From Gemmatimonadota bacterium (lineage in GTDB: Bacteria; Gemmatimonadota; Gemmatimonadetes; Palauibacterales; Palauibacteraceae), in NCBI GenBank assembly GCA_965116475.1, contig OZ220691.1, positions 1,760,001-1,824,000 on the forward strand: a DNA stretch of 64,000 bases, read 5' to 3'. The position numbers were made by a program, and so were the translations under genes. Below are positions 56,177 through 64,000 of this stretch, in pieces. The stretch's first letter is position 1, and the number at the start of each line of letters is the position of its first letter. The notes below the pieces were generated by a model that was not told the origin of the DNA, made no database searches, and was given only the letters and a program-made list of their open reading frames with translations.

Positions 56177-58474
56177 TCACAGGAGCGCCTCGGGATCGCG
56201 GTCGATCTCGAGCCGGAGACCCGAGCCGGGCTGGCCCCGCTGCTCTCCGAGGAAGCGGAGAACGCCGCCGAGCGTGGCGGCCCGATCCGCCTTGATCAGG
56301 AAGTGCCACCTCCACCGCTCCCGGAGTCGGTCGATCGGGCAGGGGGCCGGGCCGATGACCTCGATCCCCGCGAGCCGGCGACCTCGAATCACCCGCCGCG
56401 TCCACTCGGACAGTTCCTCCGCGACGTCGATGACCCGGGACTCCGTCTTCCCGGAGACGACGAGGTTCGCGAGCCGGCGGTGCGGCGGATAGCCAGGTTC
56501 CTCCCGGTCGCCGAGTTCGCGTTCGGCGAAGCCCACGTAGTCGTGCTCCGCCGCGGCGGCGAGTGCGTAGTGCCGCGGGCGCGAGGTCTGGACGAGCACC
56601 TCCCCCGGTTCCTCGCCCCGCCCGGCCCGTCCGGCGACCTGTTCCAGGAGTTGGAAGGTGCGTTCGCTGGCGCGGAAGTCCGGGAGATGGAGACCGACGT
56701 CCGCGTTGATCACGCCCACGAGCGTGACCTGGGGGAAATCGAGGCCCTTGGCGATCATCTGCGTGCCCAGCAGGATGTCGACCTCTCGTCTCCGGAACGC
56801 GTCCAGAATCTCGACGTGCGCCCACTTGGAGCCCGTCGTGTCGAGGTCCATGCGGGCGATGCCGGCTTCGGGAAAAAGCTCGCCCACGCGGCGTTCCACC
56901 TGTTCGGTGCCGATCCCGGCGTAGCGCGGCGCGGGACCGCCGCACTCGCCGCAGCCGGACGGTGGCGGGCTCGTGGCGCCGCAGTGATGACACACGAGTT
57001 GACTGCGCCGGCGATGATAGGTGAGGGTCACGGAGCAGGCGTCGCAGCTCCACACGTGTCCGCAGGCCGCGCACTCGGCGAAGGAGGCGTATCCGCGGCG
57101 GTTGAGAAAGAGGATCGTCTGCTCGCCCCGCTCCAGGCGCGCGGCGATCGCCTCCCGCAGCCGCCTGGAGAAGACCCGGGGTCCTCCGCCCGGCGGGGGG
57201 TCCTCCGCGTCCGATCCCGAGGCCTCGCCGGTATCGGCGCGCAGGTCGACGAGTTCCACGGCAGGGAGCCCGTGGCCCGTCACCCGTTTCTCGAGTTCGA
57301 GCAGGCGATAGCGCCCGGTCCGCGCATTCTCCCAGCTCTCGAGGGCGGGGGTCGCGGATCCGAGCACGCACAGCCCCCGCTCCAGCCGCGCGCGCATGAT
57401 CGCGACCGAGCGGGCGTGGTAGCGCGGCACGTCGGACTGCTTGTAGCTGCTCTCGTGTTCCTCGTCGACGATGATTGCGCCCAGGTTCCGGACCGGCGCG
57501 AACACCGCCGAGCGCGGGCCGATCGCGATCCGCTTCCTCCCCTCGCGCAGGCTGCGCCACGCGTCGAAACGTTCGCCGTCCGAGAGCCCCGAATGCAGCA
57601 CCGTGACCTCGTTGCCGAAACGGGACCTGAAACGCTGCACCGTCTGGGGCGTGAGCGCGATCTCCGGCACGAGGAAGATGCCGGAGCGGCCCATTGCGAG
57701 TTGACGCTCCAGCACCTCGAGGTAGACGGCGGTCTTGCCCGAGCCCGTCACGCCGCGCAGGAGCGCGACCTGCCCCGGCGCGTCCAGGCGTTCGAGGTCG
57801 CCCACGACGCGAGCCTGGTCCGGGGTCAGCGTGAACCGGGCCTCCGGTTCCACCGGGCCGGCGAACGGATCCCGCTCCACTTCGCGCTCCACGAACTCCG
57901 CCAGGCGCCGCTCCACGAGCCCGTCGAGCACGCCCCGGCTGAAACCGAGCTGCTTCGTGAGGTGCCCGACGCTCGCCTCGCCGCCGACCGACTCGAGCAT
58001 CTCGTACAACTCGCGCTGCCGCTTCGCGCGCCCGAAGGCGCGGTCGCGTTCGCTCAGCGTTCGCAGTTCGCGAACGAGGCGAAGCACGCGCTCCGTGCGC
58101 GGCCGCGCGGCGCTCCCCCGGCCGGCCCGGGACCCGAGCGCACCCGGGGGGAGGGCCGCTCTCAGCACCACTCCGAGCGGCGCCACGTAGTAGTCGGAGA
58201 TCCAGCGGCAGAGATCGAGGAGCGGCGCGTCCATCACCGGCGCTTCGTCGAGGACGCCCCTGAGCTCGCGCAATCGGGGTTTCCGTCCCCGGTCCGGCCT
58301 CAGCCCGAGGCGATCCACGACCCCGACCGCCGTCCCGCCGCCGAGCGGTACGCGCACTCGCACGCCCGGCTCCACGGCGCCGACGAGCGAGGCCGGTATC
58401 GAGTACGCGAGCGTGCCGAGGAACGTCCGCGCGACCGCCACCTCGCACACGCCGGCGGAGCCCGCCTTGCGCAC
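56177..58474 (-). CDS. priA: Primosomal protein N' (replication restart helicase); start uncertain (58474, 58504 or 58558)
   Basis: GVTGSGKT, VPEIALTPQ, DEEH, LNRRGY, four CxxC pairs and GTQMIAKGLDFP. Confidence 0.97.
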   Translation of the reverse strand: MRKAGSAGVCEVAVARTFLGTLAYSIPASLVGAVEPGVRVRVPLGGGTAVGVVDRLGLRPDRGRKPRLRELRGVLDEAPVMDAPLLDLCRWISDYYVAPLGVVLRAALPPGALGSRAGRGSAARPRTERVLRLVRELRTLSERDRAFGRAKRQRELYEMLESVGGEASVGHLTKQLGFSRGVLDGLVERRLAEFVEREVERDPFAGPVEPEARFTLTPDQARVVGDLERLDAPGQVALLRGVTGSGKTAVYLEVLERQLAMGRSGIFLVPEIALTPQTVQRFRSRFGNEVTVLHSGLSDGERFDAWRSLREGRKRIAIGPRSAVFAPVRNLGAIIVDEEHESSYKQSDVPRYHARSVAIMRARLERGLCVLGSATPALESWENARTGRYRLLELEKRVTGHGLPAVELVDLRADTGEASGSDAEDPPPGGGPRVFSRRLREAIAARLERGEQTILFLNRRGYASFAECAACGHVWSCDACSVTLTYHRRRSQLVCHHCGATSPPPSGCGECGGPAPRYAGIGTEQVERRVGELFPEAGIARMDLDTTGSKWAHVEILDAFRRREVDILLGTQMIAKGLDFPQVTLVGVINADVGLHLPDFRASERTFQLLEQVAGRAGRGEEPGEVLVQTSRPRHYALAAAAEHDYVGFAERELGDREEPGYPPHRRLANLVVSGKTESRVIDVAEELSEWTRRVIRGRRLAGIEVIGPAPCPIDRLRERWRWHFLIKADRAATLGGVLRFLGEQRGQPGSGLRLEIDRDPEALL

Positions 58475-58556
58475 AGCCTCTCCAGGGGGGGCTTCGCTTG
58501 ACACGTCGCAGCCGGATTGCTTGTTTTCCGCCACCGAATCCAATGGGGGGTCGCTC

Positions 58557-59105
58557 ATGGGCTGTCTGGCCCTGAACGCATCATACGAGCCGTTGACGAT
58601 CATTCCGGTCCGGCGCGCCGTTCGCCTGCTCATCGACCGGAAGGCCGACGCGCTGGAGGTGGATTCGGCGCGTCCCATCCGCTCCGAGCGCGTGCGGATG
58701 GATACGCCCGTCGTCATCCGCCTCGCCCGGTTCATCCAGATCCCCCGCCGCTTCCGTCGCCAGGTCACGAACACCTTCCTGTTCGCGCGCGACGCCTATC
58801 GCTGCCAGTACTGCGGCCGTCACCGGCGGGAGCTGGGGTATCGCGAGTCGCTGACCCGCGATCACGTGACTCCGATCTCGCGTGGCGGAGACAACGGGTG
58901 GACGAACGTGGTCACGGCCTGCAGCAAGTGCAACCTGAAGAAGGCGGACCGTCTGCTGGGCGAATGCGGGTTCTCGCTCCCGGTGGAGCCCCGCGAACCC
59001 AACCACGTCGAGCTGATCTGGGCCGTCCGCAGGGTCACGCCGGTGCAGGCCAGGTACATCGGCATGTTCTACGGCGAGGACGTACTGCGCGCGCTGACGC
59101 CCTGA
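58557..59105 (+). CDS. HNH endonuclease (HNH_5/McrA-like small family)
   Basis: LALNASYEPL, RDAYRCQYCG, TRDHVTPISRGG and NVVTACSKCN. Confidence 0.9.
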   Translation: MGCLALNASYEPLTIIPVRRAVRLLIDRKADALEVDSARPIRSERVRMDTPVVIRLARFIQIPRRFRRQVTNTFLFARDAYRCQYCGRHRRELGYRESLTRDHVTPISRGGDNGWTNVVTACSKCNLKKADRLLGECGFSLPVEPREPNHVELIWAVRRVTPVQARYIGMFYGEDVLRALTP

Positions 59106-59124
59106 TCCGTGGGCGGTTAGCGGA

Positions 59125-59709
59125 ATGGATCTGGGTTTCGGGATTCAGGAGTTCCTCCTCATTGGGATGCTCGTGCTCATCGTGTTCGGGCCCCGCCGCC
59201 TCCCGGAGATCACCCGCACCATCGGCAAGGGAATCCGCGAGTTCCGGAAGGGGATGAACGAGATCCAGCGCGAACTCGAGGCCGCCGGCCGGGAGACGCA
59301 ATGGAAGTCGCCGCCCGCGCCTGAGAAGCCGGCGGCTGCGAGCAGCGCGACGATCGCCGGAACCGCCACCGCCGCCGGGACCGCCGCGGCCGCCGGGGCG
59401 TCCACCGCTACCGCGGAGGAGACGGAGGAGACGGAGGAGACGGAGGACGACGGGGACGCCCCCGAGGCGGCTGCGGGGCCGGTCGTGGAGGAACAGGAAC
59501 CGCCCACGCCGCGCGATGAGGTGGACCCGGCTCAGGAGTTCATCGATCCCTGGTCGACGGATTCTTCGCGTCCGACGTTCGGTCCCAAGTCTTCCCCGGA
59601 GCCCGTCATCGCCCCGCCCACGACGGAGCCCACGACGGAGCCCACGACGGAGCCCGCGCCGCCGGATCCGCCTGACTCGCCTGAAGCGGAGGATCCGGAC
59701 AAGGGCTGA
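59125..59709 (+). CDS. Twin-arginine translocase TatA/TatB-family subunit with long disordered tail
   Basis: GIQEFLLI...VFGPRRLPEITRTIGKGIREFRK. Confidence 0.88.
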   Translation: MDLGFGIQEFLLIGMLVLIVFGPRRLPEITRTIGKGIREFRKGMNEIQRELEAAGRETQWKSPPAPEKPAAASSATIAGTATAAGTAAAAGASTATAEETEETEETEDDGDAPEAAAGPVVEEQEPPTPRDEVDPAQEFIDPWSTDSSRPTFGPKSSPEPVIAPPTTEPTTEPTTEPAPPDPPDSPEAEDPDKG

Positions 59710-61232
59710 GAGAGTTGCCGGTATCGGCGGTTGTCGCCCTCCAGCGCCCTCAGCCACTCGATCGCCGGAACGCCGCTGCTCCCGGCGAGATCCGGGTAGC
59801 CGCGATCCACGATCCGAGCGCGCGGCCCGTCCCCATCCGATCCGCGGAACTCGATGTCCAGCCGTCGGCCGCGCTCGCACGGGTCGCACAGGAGGCCGTC
59901 CTCTGCCGTGGCGCCGTCGACGGTCCACGATCCCTCCGCACCGCGGAGCGTGAAGCCGGCCAGGACGTCCGGTACCCGCAACCTGCCGCGCCACACGCCG
60001 TCCGTCCCGGCATCGAGCGCCAGGTCCAGCGTGCCGTGGAGCGCTCGCAGGACAGGCGCCGCCGGCATGCGGCCCTCGCCCTCTCCGTCTCCGCCGTCCC
60101 AGCGGAACTCGCCCTTCATGCCGTCGTCGCGCAGCGCGGACTCACGCAGCTTCCGGAAGGGGAGCACGCCCTCGAAGGAGACGGGCACGCCCGGCGTGAG
60201 GTCGTTGGACGCGGCGACGAACGACTCGTCCGCGAGCCGCAACTCGGCGGAGCCCTGTCTGGGCGCCGGGGCACGGGGTTCCGGACGGCCCAGCAGCTGC
60301 GCGACCATCCGCGCCCGCATGCCCTCCGGGTCGGTTGGACCGGTCTCGTCGCCTTGCTCGCCCGCCTCGCCCGCTGCGCCCGGGGGGCCGCCGCCCCGAC
60401 GGGGGAGATCGAAGGGGTTCCGGAATCCGAGCGGGAGCCGCTGGATCCCGGGGGCGCCGGCGCCGTCCATGCGGGCCTCGAACTCGCCGCCCCAGCTCGC
60501 GAGTTCGTAGCTGATGGAGGCCTCGAGATCGTCTTCGTCCGGACGCCAGGCGAGTCCGGTGATGCGGGGAGTGGAGACCGTCACGACACCCGCGGGCCAG
60601 GTCGGCCGCACGCCGGGAGGGCGGGAGGCCTGCACGGTGAACGGGTCGCCGGGGCGATCGTCGCGTTCCGGCCGCACGTTCGGACCCGTGCCCGGGGAGA
60701 GGCGCGCGGAGAGGGTGCGCGCACATCCCGGTTCGCCGTCGAGGGCGACGAGGAGCGTGTTCCAACCCGCCGCCAGCCGCACCTCGCGCGCGGTTCCGGG
60801 GTCCGCGACGGACTGCGCGTTGACCCACGCTTCGAGCTGCGCGCAGGACTCGACGCCCAGTTCCAGCCGCACGCTCGCGTCCGCGGCCGATTTCAGGTAC
60901 ACGTGGGCGAGGGTCGCCTGCCCGGCTTCCGAGAACTCCGAAAGATCCAGCGTCGCCTGTCCGTCGCGGCGAAAGAGCGACCACGTACCCGCGGCGGTTT
61001 CGAGGTTCCGGTCCGGGAACCGGTCCGGGCCCGCAACGGGGAGCGGGTGGTCGCCCGCCGCGCGCTCCGCGCTCGCGACCAGCCAGCGGTCGACCGAAAT
61101 CTCCTGGGCCCACGCGTGAGCCCGCGTGTGCGCCCACGCCGCCTGGGGGGCGAGCGCGCACGCTCCCGCAGCGGAGAGCAGGAGCGAGAACAGGGTTCGT
61201 CGAACGAGGCGCTCCATCGTTTGTCCCCTCAT
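59532..61232 (-). CDS. Hypothetical secreted protein
   Basis: Signal peptide (AWA|), LAAGWNTLLV strand motif; 3' end overlaps the tat gene in antisense. Confidence 0.6.
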   Translation of the reverse strand: MRGQTMERLVRRTLFSLLLSAAGACALAPQAAWAHTRAHAWAQEISVDRWLVASAERAAGDHPLPVAGPDRFPDRNLETAAGTWSLFRRDGQATLDLSEFSEAGQATLAHVYLKSAADASVRLELGVESCAQLEAWVNAQSVADPGTAREVRLAAGWNTLLVALDGEPGCARTLSARLSPGTGPNVRPERDDRPGDPFTVQASRPPGVRPTWPAGVVTVSTPRITGLAWRPDEDDLEASISYELASWGGEFEARMDGAGAPGIQRLPLGFRNPFDLPRRGGGPPGAAGEAGEQGDETGPTDPEGMRARMVAQLLGRPEPRAPAPRQGSAELRLADESFVAASNDLTPGVPVSFEGVLPFRKLRESALRDDGMKGEFRWDGGDGEGEGRMPAAPVLRALHGTLDLALDAGTDGVWRGRLRVPDVLAGFTLRGAEGSWTVDGATAEDGLLCDPCERGRRLDIEFRGSDGDGPRARIVDRGYPDLAGSSGVPAIEWLRALEGDNRRYRQLSQPLSGSSASGESGGSGGAGSVVGSVVGSVVGGAMTGSGEDLGPNVGREESVDQGSMNS

Positions 61233-61413
61233 GTGGCCGTGAGATCCCTCATGTGGCGGTCATCCGTGTGGCCGTCACCTGTGGGCGGACTCTCCAGTGT
61301 CGTCTCCCAAGACGGCTAAACATGGGGCTTTCGTCACACCTCGCGCACCCGGACGTCGCGCGTCGCCGGGATTTCGGTTGCCGCCCGTGAGTGCCCCGAA
61401 CAACTTTGTCATC

Positions 61414-61938
61414 ATGCACAAGGTGGTGGAACTGCGGGTGAACGGAGACCGGCGCCGGGTCGGAGTGCCGTCCCACTACACCCTCCTCGAGACCCTCCGC
61501 TACGGGCTCGGTCTCACCGGATCGAAGCAGGGGTGCGACAAGGGGGACTGCGGGGCGTGTACGGTGCTCCGCGACGGCGAGGCCGTGCTCTCCTGCATCA
61601 TGCCGGTGCACGAGGCCACGGGTCACGAGATCACGACGGTCGAAGGGCTCGCGGACGCGTCCGGCCCCCACCCGCTCCAGGACGCCTTCGATCTCACGGG
61701 AGGGGCGCAATGCGGCTTCTGCACACCGGGCATTCTCTGCTCGGCCCACGGACTGCTGGCGTGCGATCCGGACCCGGCTCGCGAGGACATCGCGCGGGCG
61801 CTCTCCGGCAATCTCTGCCGCTGCACCGGCTATACGAAGATCTTCGAGGCCGTGGACATCGCGGCCGAAGCGATCCGCACCGGCGACACCCCCGAGGCGA
61901 TCGTCACCCGGCGTCGCGATCCGGCGGGGGCCGCATGA
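61414..61938 (+). CDS. 2Fe-2S subunit of xanthine dehydrogenase/CoxS family (no partner subunits adjacent)
   Basis: GCDKGDCGAC, QCGFC and NLCRCTGY. Confidence 0.9.
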   Translation: MHKVVELRVNGDRRRVGVPSHYTLLETLRYGLGLTGSKQGCDKGDCGACTVLRDGEAVLSCIMPVHEATGHEITTVEGLADASGPHPLQDAFDLTGGAQCGFCTPGILCSAHGLLACDPDPAREDIARALSGNLCRCTGYTKIFEAVDIAAEAIRTGDTPEAIVTRRRDPAGAA

Positions 61939-62522
61939 TTTCGCCCTCCCCGCGACCTCGGCACGCGTCGCGCACCGGGCACGCCTCGCGCGCCGTCGTC
62001 AGCACGCTCGCGGGGTTCTTCGTCCTCCTGTCCCTGGCCGCCGAAGCCGCCGCCCAGACGCCGGAAGCGCGCCTCGCGGAACTCGGGATCGAACTCCCGA
62101 TGCCGGACGCGCCGACCGCCAACTTCGTGAAGGCCGTGACGACCGGGAATCTCGTGTTCCTCGCCGGGCACGGCCCGTGCGGCGGCCTCGACGAGAGCAA
62201 CACCGGGAAGGTCGGCCTCGACCACACCGTCGAGGAGGGCTACGAGATCGCGCGCTGGGTCGGCGTCTGCCTGCTCGCCTCGCTCGCCCGCGAAATCGGC
62301 GACCTCTCCCGCGTGAAGCGCATCGTGCGCGTGTTCGGGATGGTGAACACGCCGCCGGATTTCACGCAGCACTCGCAGGTCATCAACGGCTGCTCCGACC
62401 TCATGGAACAGGTGTTCGGCCCCGCGATCTCGAAACACGCCCGCGCGGCCGTGGGCATGGCGTCGCTCCCGCGCGACCAGTCGGTCGAGATCGAGATGCT
62501 GGTCGAACTCCACGACCCCTGA
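61935..62522 (+). CDS. RidA/YjgF family protein with N-terminal signal peptide
   Basis: PEARLAELGIELP, LVFLAGHGP, NGCSDL, HARAAVG and VEIE motifs. Confidence 0.85.
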   Translation: MISPSPRPRHASRTGHASRAVVSTLAGFFVLLSLAAEAAAQTPEARLAELGIELPMPDAPTANFVKAVTTGNLVFLAGHGPCGGLDESNTGKVGLDHTVEEGYEIARWVGVCLLASLAREIGDLSRVKRIVRVFGMVNTPPDFTQHSQVINGCSDLMEQVFGPAISKHARAAVGMASLPRDQSVEIEMLVELHDP

Positions 62523-62538
62523 TCGGTCGGCCGCCCGC

Positions 62539-64000
62539 ATGCGTCCGGTAGGCCGCGCCGCCCTCCTCCCCCTCGTCGCCGTCGCCCTGCTCGGCGGGTG
62601 CGGAAGTGCCGGAGGTCCGGCCTCGTCTTCCGACCTCGCCCGCGGGATCGACGCCGTGTTCGCCGACCTGGACCGGCCAGGCTCGCCGGGCGCCGCCGTG
62701 TCGGTCATCCGCGACGGCGAGATCATTCACTCCAGCGGCTACGGCTACGCCCAGATCGAGCATGCCGTCCCCGTCACGCCGCGCACGGTCTTCCACGTGG
62801 CCTCGGTGTCGAAGCAGTTCACGGCCATGGCGGTGACGATGCTCGCGGCCGAGGGGGCGCTCTCGCTGGACGATCCCGTGCAGGCGCACCTCGGTTTCGT
62901 CCCCGAGTTCGAACATCCCGTCACCGTCCGGCAGATGATCCACCACACGAGCGGGATCCGGGACCAGTGGCAGCTTCTCGGGATCTCCGGCTGGCGCCTC
63001 GACGACGTGATTACGACGGAACAGATCCTCGGCCTCATGTCGCGCCAGCGGGAACTCAACTTCGTGCCCGGCTCGGAGTACCTCTACTCCAACATGGGCT
63101 ACACCCTCCTCGCCCGGACGGCGGCGGCCGTCAGCGGCATGTCCTTCCCGGAGTTCACCGCCGCGAGAATCTTCCGGCCGCTCGGAATGGATCGAACCCA
63201 CTTCCACGATGACCACGAACACATCGTCCCCGACCGCGCCTATTCCTACCGGCCCATCTCGACGGAGGACGACGAGAGGGGGGAGGGCAGCGGGGTGGGG
63301 CCGGCGCCCGAGTACACGAAGGCCGTCCTCAGTTACGCGAACGCGGGGGCGACGAGCCTCTTCACGACGGCGGACGACCTCGCCCACTGGCTCGACAACT
63401 TCCGGCACGAAGCGGTCGGCGGCCCGCAGGTGATGGAGATGATGACGACGCGCGGGATCCTGACAAGCGGAGACACGATCCCCTACGCGCACGGTTTGAG
63501 CATCGGCGACCACCGGGGCCTGCGCACGATCGGGCACGGGGGCGCCGACGCGGGATTCCGAACGCAGGCGACCTGGTATCCCGAGGCGAACGTCGGGATC
63601 GTCGTCCTCACGAACGTCGCCAACGGTAACCCGGGAAGCCGGGCGCGGCAGGTGGCGGAGGTCGTCCTCGCCGAGATCTTCCCCGAGGCGGCTCCGGATG
63701 AGGAAGAGGATCCCCCGTCGGCGCCCGCCGATTCCGTGCCGCCCCCGACGCCCGACCGGGCGACGCTGGCCGGGTACGCGGGCAGCTACTACAGCCCGGA
63801 ACTCGACGCACTGTACCACCTCGAGGCGACGGACGAGGGACTCGTCGCGCGCCACATAAGGCACGGCGACATCGCCCTCGAGCCGCGCGCCCGCGACGAA
63901 TTCGCCACGGACCGCTGGTTCATGCCCGAGGTGCGCTTCGAGCGCGCGCCGAACGGCGCCATCTCGGCGCTGCGCGTGGGCGGCGGCCGGGTCCGAAACC
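62539..64000 (+). CDS. Serine hydrolase, beta-lactamase/D-aminopeptidase-like lipoprotein (3' truncated; not in the ORF track)
   Basis: Hand-translated MRPVGRAALLPLVAVALLGGC..., with ASVSKQFT, HHTSGIRD, YSNMGY and GHGG motifs; no stop before the window end. Confidence 0.88.
   Translation, partial: MRPVGRAALLPLVAVALLGGCGSAGGPASSSDLARGIDAVFADLDRPGSPGAAVSVIRDGEIIHSSGYGYAQIEHAVPVTPRTVFHVASVSKQFTAMAVTMLAAEGALSLDDPVQAHLGFVPEFEHPVTVRQMIHHTSGIRDQWQLLGISGWRLDDVITTEQILGLMSRQRELNFVPGSEYLYSNMGYTLLARTAAAVSGMSFPEFTAARIFRPLGMDRTHFHDDHEHIVPDRAYSYRPISTEDDERGEGSGVGPAPEYTKAVLSYANAGATSLFTTADDLAHWLDNFRHEAVGGPQVMEMMTTRGILTSGDTIPYAHGLSIGDHRGLRTIGHGGADAGFRTQATWYPEANVGIVVLTNVANGNPGSRARQVAEVVLAEIFPEAAPDEEEDPPSAPADSVPPPTPDRATLAGYAGSYYSPELDALYHLEATDEGLVARHIRHGDIALEPRARDEFATDRWFMPEVRFERAPNGAISALRVGGGRVRN

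Noticed and set aside
58556..58559. Shared CATG giving divergent starts for priA and the HNH gene
   Set aside because: It leaves no room for promoters or SDs; priA more plausibly starts at GTG 58504 or 58474.
58557..59105. HNH gene as a homing endonuclease, IscB/Cas9 or defence system
   Set aside because: It is a small stand-alone HNH with no RuvC motifs, intron, flanking repeats, methylase or array.
1..64000. CRISPR array, tRNA, integrase or IS element
   Set aside because: I saw no repeat-spacer periodicity, cloverleaf, or transposase/integrase motifs. The tandem repeats present have no spacers.

Overview
High-GC bacterial chromosome segment spanning the replication origin. The cluster parS-parA-parB and yidC-yidD-rnpA-rpmH lies to the left of dnaA-[oriC]-dnaN, and housekeeping genes mostly point away from the origin. 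Gene content and order suggest a diderm such as Gemmatimonadota, possibly host-associated; this is inference only. Other content: a mycobacterial Sdh1-type succinate dehydrogenase, two vapBC-type loci, gcvHP, polA, priA, mutY, dapF, a Tat-exported Pao/xanthine-oxidase-family molybdoflavoenzyme operon with a cytochrome b gene, an HD/radical SAM/atypical metallophosphoesterase cluster, an alternative sigma-70 factor, and several secreted hydrolases. I found no rRNA, tRNA, CRISPR array or transposase. The most interesting unexplained signals are: (1) an unannotated structured transcript of about 255 nt upstream of dapF, with a 12-nt perfect anti-16S Shine-Dalgarno, a 21-codon ORF ending LEAA-stop, a long enclosing stem and a terminator; (2) an oriC whose unwinding module uses variant TCGACA DnaA boxes, alongside a D-to-N change in the DnaA recognition helix; (3) an Fpg/Nei homologue lacking the catalytic Pro2; (4) the cytochrome-b-linked periplasmic molybdoenzyme; (5) apparent CTG/ATC start codons and many short tandem duplications at gene ends. 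All function calls come from motif recognition by eye; no searches were run.
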